Assembly: GCA_965207055.1 (NCBI GenBank)
Contig: CBDBLP010000002.1
Span: forward strand, 336,152-400,151
Origin: Alphaproteobacteria bacterium
Lineage (GTDB): Bacteria; Pseudomonadota; Alphaproteobacteria; UBA828
Direction: 5' to 3'
Length of the DNA stretch: 64,000 bases
A program made the translations under genes and the position numbers. Numbering within the stretch: the first letter of the stretch is position 1; each line of letters begins with the position of its first letter. Under the pieces are notes generated by a model. It did no database searches. It saw nothing but the letters and a program-made list of their open reading frames with translations, and had not been told where the DNA came from. Shown in pieces: positions 1 through 8,301 of this stretch.

Positions 1-366
1 ACGCGGCGCTTTCCCCGCCGGGAGATCGAGGCGGCGCTCGACGCCGTCGGCCTGGAGCGGCTCGGCGATCCGCCCATCTCGACGCTCTCCGGCGGCGAGT
101 TCCAGCGGCTGTTGCTGGCGCGGGCGCTGATCGAGAGGCCCGACCTGCTGGTTCTCGACGAGCCGGCCCAGGGCGTCGATGTGAGCGGGGCGGACGTCTT
201 CCACGAGTTGATCGGGGAGATCCGCCGCACCCTTGGCTGCGGCATCCTGATCATCTCCCACGACATCGAGCTCGCGGCGCGAAGCGGCGACGATGTCGTC
301 GTCCTTGTGCCCCACGAGCATGACGCGGAGCCGGCCGGCGACGCCGCCGGTGCGCCGGGGACCTGA
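1..366 (+). CDS. znuC: Zinc-type ABC transporter ATP-binding protein (5' end outside window)
   Basis: Frame 1 is open from base 1. The translation has the ABC signature LSGGEFQR and Walker B LLVLDEP, and a ZnuB-like permease follows 3 nt downstream. Confidence 0.75.
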   Translation, partial: TRRFPRREIEAALDAVGLERLGDPPISTLSGGEFQRLLLARALIERPDLLVLDEPAQGVDVSGADVFHELIGEIRRTLGCGILIISHDIELAARSGDDVVVLVPHEHDAEPAGDAAGAPGT

Positions 367-369
367 GCG

Positions 370-1188
370 ATGCTCGACGACTTCTTCATGCGCGCTCTCA
401 TCGCCGGCATCGGGCTCGCGCTCGTCACCGGGCCGGCGGGGTGCTTCGTGGTCTGGCGCAGACTGGCCTACTTCGGCGAGACCATCGCGCACTCCTCGCT
501 GCTCGGCGTCGCGCTCGCCATCGTGCTGCAGTTCAACCTGGTCATCGGCATCCTGATCAGCGCCGCGCTGGTGGCCGTCATCATGTTCTATCTCGACCGG
601 CGCGGCACGCTGCCGACCGACACCCTGCTGGGCCTGCTCGCCCACGGCGGGCTCGCCCTCGGCCTGGTGATCCTCTCGTTCTTCCCGTCCATGCGGATCG
701 ACCTGCACGGGCTGCTCTTCGGCGACATCCTGGCCGTCCAGCGGATCGACCTGGCGGTGATCTGGGGTGGCGGCGCGGTCGTGTTGGGCGTGCTCGCGTG
801 GCTCTGGCGTCCGTTGCTGGCGGCGACCGTCAACCCGGACCTCGCCGCGGTGGCGGGCCTCAAGCCAGAGCGGGCGCGGCTGATCTTCGGACTGCTGGTG
901 GCGGCGATCATCGCCGTCGCCATCAAGATCGTCGGCATCCTGTTAATCGTGGCGCTCCTGATCATTCCCGCGGCCACCGCCCGGCGCTTCGCACCGAGTC
1001 CCGAATGGATGGCCGTGGGCGCCGCGGCGGTGGGCGCCTCCGCGACCGTGGGCGGGCTCTACGCGTCCGCGACCTGGGACACGCCCTCCGGCCCCTCCAT
1101 CGTCGTCACGGCGCTGGCGCTCTTCATCGTGACCCGCGCCGACGCCCTTCGGAAGGTGGGGCAATTGGTGGTCAGCCGGAGACGGTAA
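370..1188 (+). CDS. znuB: Zinc ABC transporter permease
   Basis: 272-aa polytopic membrane protein (MLDDFFMRALIAGIGLALVTGPAGCFVVWRRLAYFGETIAHSSLLGVALA...), typical of the ZnuB/ABC-3 family. It is tightly linked to the znuC-like gene. Confidence 0.85.
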   Translation: MLDDFFMRALIAGIGLALVTGPAGCFVVWRRLAYFGETIAHSSLLGVALAIVLQFNLVIGILISAALVAVIMFYLDRRGTLPTDTLLGLLAHGGLALGLVILSFFPSMRIDLHGLLFGDILAVQRIDLAVIWGGGAVVLGVLAWLWRPLLAATVNPDLAAVAGLKPERARLIFGLLVAAIIAVAIKIVGILLIVALLIIPAATARRFAPSPEWMAVGAAAVGASATVGGLYASATWDTPSGPSIVVTALALFIVTRADALRKVGQLVVSRRR

Positions 1189-1971
1189 CGGCCTCGTCGG
1201 CGCAGCCCTCCAGCTCGATCTGCACGGTGACGTGGCGGATGTCGAAGCGGTCCGCGAGGCGCTCCTGAATGGCGGCGACAGCCGAATCGGGATTGGTGCC
1301 CTCGGTGACACGGGCGTGGAGCGTGAGCAGCGAGTGCTCCTGCGAGAGCGACCAGGCGTGGACGTGATGCACGTCCTCGACGACGGGAACGTGCGAGACC
1401 AGATCGCGGCCGATGTCGCGAACGTCCAGCGCGGCGGGCACGCCTTCGAGCAGGACGTGCGCCGCGTCCTTCACCAGGAACCAGGCGCTGCGCAGCACCA
1501 AGAGCCCGACCACGATTGAGAGAATCGGGTCGATCGGCATCCAGCCGGTGGTCATGATGACCAGCGCCGCGCCGATCGCCGCCACCGAGCCCAGCATGTC
1601 GCCCCACACGTGGAGGAGCGCGCCCCGCACGTTGAGGTTGGTGCGGTCGGCACCATGGAGCACGGCGAACGCCGCAATGTTGACGGCCAGGCCAAGCCCC
1701 GCCACCGCCAGCATGGGGCCGGCCAGCACCTCCGTCGGGTTCAGCAGCCGCTCGGCGGCCTCGCTGAAGATCCAGATGCAGATGAAGACGAGGCTGATGC
1801 CGTTGGTGAAGGCGGCGAGGACGGGGAAGCGGTGATAGCCGTAGGTGCGTGCCGTATCGGCAGGGCGCCGGCTCAGCCTGAAGGCGAGCCAGGCGAAGAG
1901 CAGGGAGACCGAGTCGATGAGCATGTGCGCGGCATCGGCCAGCAGCGCGAGCGAGCCCGAGAGCACGCCGC
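1172..1971 (-). pseudogene. czcD: Cation diffusion facilitator (CzcD-like) gene, C-terminal 264-codon fragment cut off by transposon insertion
   Basis: CDF motifs run from VLSGSLALLADAAHMLIDSVSL onward (TM2-TM6 plus the cytoplasmic domain). The N-terminal 94 aa of the track ORF (1172..2248) are read-through into the transposon end and have no CDF character. Confidence 0.85.
1967..1971. repeat. 5-bp target-site duplication GCCGC (left copy)
   Basis: GCCGC lies directly before the TGAGCG terminus, and an identical pentamer is at 6397-6401. Confidence 0.8.
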
Positions 1972-2116
1972 TGAGCGGGCGCACGCTTTCAGCGGCGATC
2001 TGGGGCTGATCGGCTCGGATTAATCGAGGTTTTGGGATGGGTGCCCCCCGGCGATCTTGCAAGAAGGCCGCCGGAGGGCTTGTCTCGGTGACGGTGAAAT
2101 CATCTGAGACGCCCCA

Positions 2117-2731
2117 ATGTCGCACAAGCTGTTCCGCCACTCCATGCTTTCCGATGCCCGGGTGTGGGCTTTCCTGAAGCGGGTCGACGCGGCGGAGACG
2201 GAGACCTGCCGTGCGGCGGGCTGTCCGCGCTGCGGCGGGGCGCTTCACAGCGCGACCTACCCGCGCAAGCCGTACGGCCTGTCGGCCGATCTTCGGGACG
2301 ATGCCCGACGCTTCAGCCTGTGCTGTTCGGTGTGCCGGCGCCGCGTGAATCCTCCGTCGGTGCGTTTCTTCGGGCGCCGGTTCTATGTCGGGGCTGTGTT
2401 CCTCCTGGTGAGCGCTCTGGCTCTGGCCGGCGGCGTGCGGCTGCAGACGATCGCGCGGCGGTGCGGGGTTCCGGCGTCGACGCTGAGGCGCTGGCGGCGC
2501 TGGTGGCAGGAGATCTTCCCGCTCACCCGGGAATGGCGGGCCAAGCGGGGCGCGCTTGCAGCGCCGCCCGGCGAGGCGCCGCTGCGCTGGCTGCTGGGTT
2601 CGGTGCGGGGCGCCAGCTTCCGCTCGCGGCTGTTGCGCAGCCTGGTCTGGCTGATGCCGTGGACCGGCTTTTGCACGCTCGGCGCCGGGCCGGGATCTCC
2701 CGCAGAAAGCGTTTCTTTTATGAACGGATAG
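2117..2731 (+). CDS. Zn-ribbon plus HTH-like protein of the transposon, function unknown
   Basis: 204 aa with CPRCGG...CCSVCRRR cysteine pairs (putative zinc ribbon), followed by a hydrophobic segment and the HTH-like stretch IARRCGVPASTLRRWRRWW. It is the first gene inside the left end. Confidence 0.55.
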   Translation: MSHKLFRHSMLSDARVWAFLKRVDAAETETCRAAGCPRCGGALHSATYPRKPYGLSADLRDDARRFSLCCSVCRRRVNPPSVRFFGRRFYVGAVFLLVSALALAGGVRLQTIARRCGVPASTLRRWRRWWQEIFPLTREWRAKRGALAAPPGEAPLRWLLGSVRGASFRSRLLRSLVWLMPWTGFCTLGAGPGSPAESVSFMNG

Positions 2732-2780
2732 GCCGCTCTACACCGGCAACTCCCCAGGACGGCGAGGGAGGGATGCCGGG

Positions 2781-4262
2781 ATGGACAGCAACGACGGGAA
2801 CGGCCGCCGCGACCGGTGGGCGCGGCTGCGGTTCGCGGTGGTCGGGCCGCTGCTGGCCTCGCCGCCGCCGGCAGGGCGGCTGCGGGCGGAGCTTGAGCGG
2901 CTGTCGCGGCGCGACTGGGAGCACCCGTCGGGCAGGGGTCCGGTGCGCTTCGCGGCCTCCACGATCGAACGCTGGTACTACCAGGCGCGGGCGGCCGAGC
3001 ACGATCCGGTCAAGGCGCTGCGGCGGCGGCCGCGCGCCGATGCCGGGCGCGAGCGGGCGATGTCGCCGGCGCTGCTCGCGGCGCTGCGCGAGCAGTACCG
3101 GGCGCATCCGTCGTGGTCGGCGCAGCTGCACTACGAGAATCTCGGCGCGCTGGTCGAGGCCGACCCCGCGCTCGGCCCGATGCCGTCCTACGCGACGCTG
3201 ACCCGGGCGATGCGCAGCCGTGGCCTGGTCCGCAAGCGCCGGCGCCGGCGCTTCGAGCGCGAGCCCGAGCCGGTCGCGCAGACGCGCGAGGTGCTGAGCT
3301 ACGAGGTCGAGCGCAGCCACGGCCTCTGGCACTGCGACTTCCACCATGCGAAGCGCCGCGTGCTGACGCCGTCCGGCGAATGGAAGACGCCGATCCTGCT
3401 CGGGTTCCTGGACGATCGTTCGCGGCTCGGCTGCCACCTGCAGTGGTATCTGGCGGAGACCGCCGAGGTCTTCGTCCACGGGCTCTGCCAGGCCTTCATG
3501 AAGCGCGGCCTGCCGCGCGCCCTGATGAGCGACAACGGCTCGCCGATGATCGCCGGCGAGGTCGAGGAGGGGCTGCACCGGCTTGGCATCGTCCACTCCA
3601 CGACCCTCGCGGGAGCCCCTTATCAGAACGGCAAGATGGAGGTCCTGTGGGCCTCGGTCGAGGGCCGCCTGATGGCCATGCTCGAAGGGGTCGAGGCGCT
3701 CACCCTGAAGACGCTCAACGATGCCACCGTCGCCTGGGTCGAGCAGGACTACCACCGCCGCGTTCACCGCGAGCTCGGCACGACGCCGATGAAGCGACTG
3801 CTCGACAGCGTCGATGCGTCGAGGCCCTGTCCCGGCGTCGACACGCTCAGGGCTGCGTTCCGGATCACCCGGAAGCGCACGCTGAGGCGCTCGGACGGAA
3901 CCGTCTCGGTCGAGGGCGTGCGCTTCCAGATGCCGGCGCCATGGCGCCACCTGAACATGCTCTGGATCCGCTACGCGCGCTGGGACCTGTCCAGCGTCGA
4001 TCTGGTCGACGCCCCTGACGGCGAGCGGCTGTGCACCCTCTATCCGCTGGACAAGCGCGGCAATGCCGGCGGCATGCGCCGCCCCACCGCCCCTGGCGAT
4101 GACGATGGCGGCGGCAGCCCCGGCGCCGCCGGGGGCGAAGCCGCGCCGCTGCTCAGGCGCATCCTCGACAACCAGGCCGCCACGGGCCTGCCGCCGGCCT
4201 GGCTGCCCCATGCCGCAAGCCCCCGTCCCGACAAGGACGACCAACAGGGAGACCCCTCATGA
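2781..4262 (+). CDS. DDE (retroviral-integrase fold) transposase, TniA/TnsB/MuA-like
   Basis: 493 aa with an rve-type core: HGLWHCDFHH..., LMSDNGSPM..., YQNGKMEVLWASVEG (D, D, E context). The N-terminal region is HTH-like. Confidence 0.8.
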   Translation: MDSNDGNGRRDRWARLRFAVVGPLLASPPPAGRLRAELERLSRRDWEHPSGRGPVRFAASTIERWYYQARAAEHDPVKALRRRPRADAGRERAMSPALLAALREQYRAHPSWSAQLHYENLGALVEADPALGPMPSYATLTRAMRSRGLVRKRRRRRFEREPEPVAQTREVLSYEVERSHGLWHCDFHHAKRRVLTPSGEWKTPILLGFLDDRSRLGCHLQWYLAETAEVFVHGLCQAFMKRGLPRALMSDNGSPMIAGEVEEGLHRLGIVHSTTLAGAPYQNGKMEVLWASVEGRLMAMLEGVEALTLKTLNDATVAWVEQDYHRRVHRELGTTPMKRLLDSVDASRPCPGVDTLRAAFRITRKRTLRRSDGTVSVEGVRFQMPAPWRHLNMLWIRYARWDLSSVDLVDAPDGERLCTLYPLDKRGNAGGMRRPTAPGDDDGGGSPGAAGGEAAPLLRRILDNQAATGLPPAWLPHAASPRPDKDDQQGDPS

Positions 4263-5092
4263 ACCGCGAACTGCTCACCTTCTTCGGCCTCAAGTGGAAC
4301 CCCTTCTCAAGCGAGCTGCCGTTCGACGGCCTCATGGCGACCCCCGCCGTCGACAGCTTCTGCCACCGGGTGGAGCACCACCTGGTGCGCCAGGGTGGCT
4401 TCGCCCTGATCACCGGCGAGCCCGGCACCGGAAAGAGCGTCGCGCTTCGCCTGCTCGCCGACCGGCTCGCCCGCACCGACGGATTGCGCGTCGCCGCGCT
4501 CTCCCACCCGTCCTCGCGTCTCGGCGACTTCTACCGCGAGATGGGCGAGCTGTTCGGCATCACCCTGGTCACCGGCAGCCGATGGACCAGCTTCAAGGGG
4601 CTGCGCGAGCGCTGGCTCGCCCATCTCGACGACACCCGCATGCGGCCCCTGCTGCTGATCGACGAAGCCCAGGAGCTGCACGTCACGGTGCTGTCCGAGA
4701 TCCGCCTGCTCGGCTCCATCGACTTCGACTCGCGCGCCATCCTCTCGGTCGTCCTGGCCGGCGACAACCGCCTGCTCGACAGGCTCGGCCAACCCGACCT
4801 GCGGCCGCTCGCCTCGCGCATCCGACAGCGCCTCGTCATGGCGCCCGCCGAACACGAAGAACTCGCCCGGTTGCTCGACCACCTGCTGCAGGAGGCCGGC
4901 AACCCGGCGCTGATGACCGCCGACCTCAAGGACGCGCTCTGCGCCCATGCCTCGGGCAACCCCAGGACGCTCACCGTCATGGCCGATACCCTGCTCGCCA
5001 TCGCCGCCGAACAGGATCGCGAGGTGCTCGACGAGAAGCTCTTCCTGGAGACCTGGGGCGAGGCCCCGCCGCGCAGGGCAAATCGGCGATGA
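4259..5092 (+). CDS. AAA+ ATPase partner of the transposase (TniB/ExeA/AAA_22-like)
   Basis: 277 aa with Walker A GEPGTGKSV and Walker B LLLIDEAQEL. Its start overlaps the transposase stop. Confidence 0.75.
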   Translation: MNRELLTFFGLKWNPFSSELPFDGLMATPAVDSFCHRVEHHLVRQGGFALITGEPGTGKSVALRLLADRLARTDGLRVAALSHPSSRLGDFYREMGELFGITLVTGSRWTSFKGLRERWLAHLDDTRMRPLLLIDEAQELHVTVLSEIRLLGSIDFDSRAILSVVLAGDNRLLDRLGQPDLRPLASRIRQRLVMAPAEHEELARLLDHLLQEAGNPALMTADLKDALCAHASGNPRTLTVMADTLLAIAAEQDREVLDEKLFLETWGEAPPRRANRR

Positions 5093-6114
5093 AGGGCTTC
5101 CCGACCCGAACCCCGGCCGACCTCGAGAACCGGCCGCGCCGGCAGCAGTGGCTGGTCGACGGGCTCTGGGCGCGCCAGGCGGTCGGCATCGTCGGCGGCG
5201 AACCCAAGTGCGGCAAGTCCTTCCTCGCGCTCGACCTCGCCGTCGCCGTGGCCGCCGGCGTGCCCTGCCTGCGCCGCTTCGCCGCCGAACAGCCCGGACC
5301 GGTCCTGCTGTTCGCCGCCGAGGATGCCGGCCACATCGTGCGAGCCCGCCTCGAGGGCATCGCCCGCGCCGCCGGCGCCCGGTTCGAGACCCTCGACATC
5401 GCCGTCATCGACGTCCCGATCCTCCGCCTCGACCACCGCAACGACCGCCAGCGCCTGATGGAGACCGTGGAGCGCGTCGGGCCACGCCTCGTGGTCCTCG
5501 ACCCCCTGGTCCGCCTCCACGGCGTCGACGAGAACGCCGTCGCCGAGGTCGCCCCCATCCTCGGCTTCCTGCGCGACATACAGCGACGCTTCGAGACCGC
5601 AATCCTGCTCGTCCACCATGCCCGCAAGAGCGGCGCCGCCCGGCCGGGCCAGGCGCTCAGGGGATCGTCCGAGCTGCACGCATGGGGGGACAGCAATCTG
5701 TACCTGCGCCGGCGGGACAAGCAGATCGTCATGACCGTCGAGCATCGCGCCGCCCCGGGCCTCAACGATGTCGAAATCGAACTCGCCGATGACGGCGAGG
5801 GACCCGCCTTGCGCCTCCGGCGCCCGGCGCCGGCCGAAGCCGCGCCGGAGCCGGAAACCCCCGAACGGCGTATCCTCCAGGCACTCGCCGACGCCGACGC
5901 GCCGCTCTCCCAGCGCCAGATCCGCGAGCGCGCCGCGACCCGGCCGGCAACCGTCGCCGAGGCGCTGCACAAGCTCGTCCGCGAAGGACGCGTCGAGCGC
6001 GCTGCCGAAGGCGGATACCGCCTCACCGCCGACAACGCCACGCCCCCAGCCGCTGTCAATGGTCGGGGCCGCAACGACGTGTTACCGAAAACCGTTACCG
6101 CCTCGAACCCCTAG
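5089..6114 (+). CDS. RecA-fold AAA_25-type ATPase with C-terminal winged-helix domain
   Basis: The internal ATG at 5089 overlaps the preceding stop (ATGA). Walker A is GGEPKCGKSF, Walker B is LVVLDPLVRL, and LLVHHARK follows. The C-terminus ILQALADADAPLSQRQIRERAATRPATVAEALHKLVREGRVER looks like a MarR-type wHTH. Confidence 0.7.
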   Translation: MKGFPTRTPADLENRPRRQQWLVDGLWARQAVGIVGGEPKCGKSFLALDLAVAVAAGVPCLRRFAAEQPGPVLLFAAEDAGHIVRARLEGIARAAGARFETLDIAVIDVPILRLDHRNDRQRLMETVERVGPRLVVLDPLVRLHGVDENAVAEVAPILGFLRDIQRRFETAILLVHHARKSGAARPGQALRGSSELHAWGDSNLYLRRRDKQIVMTVEHRAAPGLNDVEIELADDGEGPALRLRRPAPAEAAPEPETPERRILQALADADAPLSQRQIRERAATRPATVAEALHKLVREGRVERAAEGGYRLTADNATPPAAVNGRGRNDVLPKTVTASNP

Positions 6115-6143
6115 GGAGGCAGGGTAACGGTAACGGGTAACAC
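6079..6143. repeat. GTTACC/GGTAAC inverted-repeat cluster spanning the stop codon of the AAA_25 gene
   Basis: GTGTTACCGAAAACCGTTACC (6079-6099) pairs with GGTAACGGTAACGGGTAACAC (6123-6143). As an inverted repeat 17 of 21 positions match, including two perfect 8-bp blocks. Confidence 0.7.
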
Positions 6144-6396
6144 CCCCCGCCAGCTTCCATCGCCGTACCGCGTCGAGCGATCGGCTCATGGCCGAAAGCT
6201 CTGCTTACGGCCATGGATGCACTCCGTCGGATGGACGGCGGCGGGTCACCCGAAGGGCCGGAGCGAAGCGAAGGAGCCGCGCAGCGGCTTGACGCGTCGA
6301 CGGCCGTCCGACACCCCGACAGCGTTCCTCCGAACCTGACCCGGCAACCATCGAATAACCCGATCACCGCACCATCAGATACCGGAAGCGCGCTCA

Positions 6397-6401
6397 GCCG
6401 C
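6397..6401. repeat. 5-bp target-site duplication GCCGC (right copy)
   Basis: It lies directly after the CGCTCA terminus of the transposon. Confidence 0.8.
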
Positions 6402-6525
6402 CGATCACCTCGGCGATCGTGAAGCCCGCGGTCAGCAGCAGCGCCCAGAAGATGCGGGTGGCGTTGTCGCCGTGCGCATGGTGGACGTGCGCGTGGCCAG
6501 CATGACCGTGGTGGTGGGCGGCCAT
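6397..6525 (-). pseudogene. czcD: CzcD-like CDF gene, N-terminal 43-codon fragment
   Basis: Translates to MAAHHHGHAGHAHVHHAHGDNATRIFWALLLTAGFTIAEVIGG and then runs into a TGA supplied by the transposon end (6394-6396). The His-rich N-terminus plus TM1 is typical of CzcD. Confidence 0.8.
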
Positions 6526-6657
6526 CACCGTGTAACCAGCGAATGGTCTGCCGAAGGCACCTGACGATCTCCTTCCGTCAGAACTGGGACAGTCTATTGC
6601 AAAGGGGACATGACGGGCCGCGCTTTCCCGCGATCTGCCGCTGCCCTTGCGGGCAAC

Positions 6658-7704
6658 TCAGCCGAGCGGCGTGTTGAGAAAGGCGATGAACGACACCAGG
6701 CCGACGAGGGTGACCAGTGCGGCGCCGGCGTAGTTCATGCCGTGGCGCAGCACGTTCGCCCCGCCGCCGCCCGAGCGCTCCATGACCCGCATCGCGGCTT
6801 GCCTGGCGAGGATCGCGCCGACCCCCAGCACGCAGATGCTCGAGCCGATACCGAGCGACATCGCCGCGACCAGCAGGGAGCCGGGAACGATCATGTCGTT
6901 GGCCACGGCGTAAAGCATGATCAGCACGGCGCCGGGGCAGGGGACCATGCCGGCCGCGAGCGCCAGAATGCCGCCTTCCGCCTTGCCGCCGTGACTGTGG
7001 CCATGGTGATGGCCGTGGTCGTGATGGTGGGGGTGGTCGTGATGATGAGGCGGGCTGTGCCCGTGGCTGTGATCATGGCTGTGCCCGTGTCCGTGCCCGT
7101 GTGCGCCGCCTGAGCGCGCCCTCAGCGAGGCACGCACGGCCTGGTAGAGCATGTAGAGCCCGATGCCGACGATGATGAGGAAGCTCGCGGCGCGCACGCC
7201 CGGCACGTCCGATAGCCCGAGGCCGAAGCCGCCGCGCAGCACGAGGTCGGCCAGCCAGACGATGACGACGGCGGCGATGACGTGGACGATGGCGATCTGC
7301 ACGGCCATGACAACGCCGCGCATCACCCGTGCCTCGCGCCCGAGGAAATAGGAGACGACCACGAACTTCCCGTGCCCCGGCCCGAGCGCATGGACGGCGC
7401 CGTAGGCGAACGCGACCGCAAGGGCCAGGAGGAAGGCGCCGAGGTTCTCGCCCCGCTCGATGGCGTTCATGTGGAGGGCGACCTCGGCGTTGGCGCGGCG
7501 CTGGAAGTCCATCAGGAAGTCGGTGAAACCCTCGAACAGGCCGCCGTCTTCCTCGACGATCTCGACCTCGACCGGGGCGGGCGCTGCGCCGTCGGTCTGC
7601 GAGAGCGCGAGCGGTGCCGTGAACAGGCTGGTCAGAAGCAGCACGCACACCAGGCCCAGCAGCGCGGCCGGCCTGCGGCGGCGTCTATGGGGCCGATTGC
7701 TCAT
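6658..7704 (-). CDS. RcnA/NicO-like nickel-cobalt (metal) transporter with a His-rich loop
   Basis: 348 aa with the HALGPGHGK motif, the loop HGHGHGHSHDHSHGHSPPHHHDHPHHHDHGHHHGHSHGG, and a VPCPGA motif. Confidence 0.75.
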   Translation of the reverse strand: MSNRPHRRRRRPAALLGLVCVLLLTSLFTAPLALSQTDGAAPAPVEVEIVEEDGGLFEGFTDFLMDFQRRANAEVALHMNAIERGENLGAFLLALAVAFAYGAVHALGPGHGKFVVVSYFLGREARVMRGVVMAVQIAIVHVIAAVVIVWLADLVLRGGFGLGLSDVPGVRAASFLIIVGIGLYMLYQAVRASLRARSGGAHGHGHGHSHDHSHGHSPPHHHDHPHHHDHGHHHGHSHGGKAEGGILALAAGMVPCPGAVLIMLYAVANDMIVPGSLLVAAMSLGIGSSICVLGVGAILARQAAMRVMERSGGGGANVLRHGMNYAGAALVTLVGLVSFIAFLNTPLG

Positions 7705-7710
7705 TGCGGT

Positions 7711-8301
7711 TTACCCCTCGCACGCCAGCGTGACCGGCTGGGGATGGCCGGATTGCGCGCCCTTGCCGCGCGCGATGCGGAACTTGCATCCCGGCGTCAT
7801 CTCGCCGCTAACCAGCAGGAAGTGCCCATCGGAAAAGCTGAAATCCACGAAGTTTTCGCGATCGAACAGGCTGACGGCCACCGCTTCTACCTTCGGATCG
7901 AGGGGCGGCGTAAGGCCCATGGAAAACTCGTAAACGAGGCGTGCCTGCTCGATCCGCGCCGCAAAGCGATCCACGTTGTGGACCTTCTGTTGTTCCTCCC
8001 CCGCCCAGATGTGAACGAAATAGTCTGCGGGCGCGAGCGGGTCGAAGGTCTCGGTGCGCAGGTTCCTGACCTCGAGAGAATTGAGCGTTCCATCCCCGTC
8101 CAGATCGTAGGTTTGGATGGTATGGGCGCTGTAGAAGTCATCGAATGTCCACGAAAACTCCAATCCGCTGACCCGCTGATCGTCGAACGCGACGGTGAGC
8201 GTGGTCTCGACCCACACGTCCGGATTGGCGCGCGCCTCGGCTGCTGCCAGCAGCGGGATCAGTGCGAGTGCCGGCGCCCATAGCCTGACGATCGCCGCCA
8301 T
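7711..8301 (-). CDS. DUF1007-family periplasmic protein, partner of the RcnA-like transporter
   Basis: 196 aa with a signal peptide (MAAIVRLWAPALALIPLLAAAEARA) and the stretch HPDVW-like...LSFSWTFDDFYS. It lies 6 nt upstream of the transporter gene. Confidence 0.65.
   Translation of the reverse strand: MAAIVRLWAPALALIPLLAAAEARANPDVWVETTLTVAFDDQRVSGLEFSWTFDDFYSAHTIQTYDLDGDGTLNSLEVRNLRTETFDPLAPADYFVHIWAGEEQQKVHNVDRFAARIEQARLVYEFSMGLTPPLDPKVEAVAVSLFDRENFVDFSFSDGHFLLVSGEMTPGCKFRIARGKGAQSGHPQPVTLACEG

Larger units (their letters stand above)
1972..6396 (+). mobile_element. 4,425-bp transposon with TG..CA termini and imperfect terminal inverted repeats, related to the DDE + AAA+ group (Mu/Tn7/Tn5053/Tn552/IS21)
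   Basis: The left end reads TGAGCGGGCGCACGC...CTGATCGGCTCGGATTAATCGAGG. The reverse complement of the right end reads TGAGCGCGCTTCCGG...GGTGATCGGGTTATTCGATGG. The element is flanked by a GCCGC direct repeat, interrupts a CDF ORF, and carries four co-oriented genes, three of them translationally coupled by ATGA overlaps. Confidence 0.8.

Noticed and set aside
1972-2248. The N-terminal 94 aa of track ORF 1172..2248 could be the true start of the CDF gene.
   Set aside because: That part is read-through into the transposon's left end and lacks TM1 and the His-rich region. The genuine N-terminus is found at 6525-6397.
2718-5970. Long antisense ORFs overlie the transposon genes (2718..4244, 4307..4948 and 4531..5970 on the minus strand; 4063..5088 on the plus strand).
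   Set aside because: These are high-GC artefacts rich in Arg, Ala, Gly and Pro with no motifs. The sense-strand genes carry clear DDE and Walker motifs and are translationally coupled.
6095-6422. Small ORFs lie in the transposon's right arm (6095..6367 on the minus strand, 6213..6422 on the plus strand).
   Set aside because: They have no motifs. They overlap hairpin and inverted-repeat DNA and the terminal repeat, so this is more likely a non-coding transposon end.
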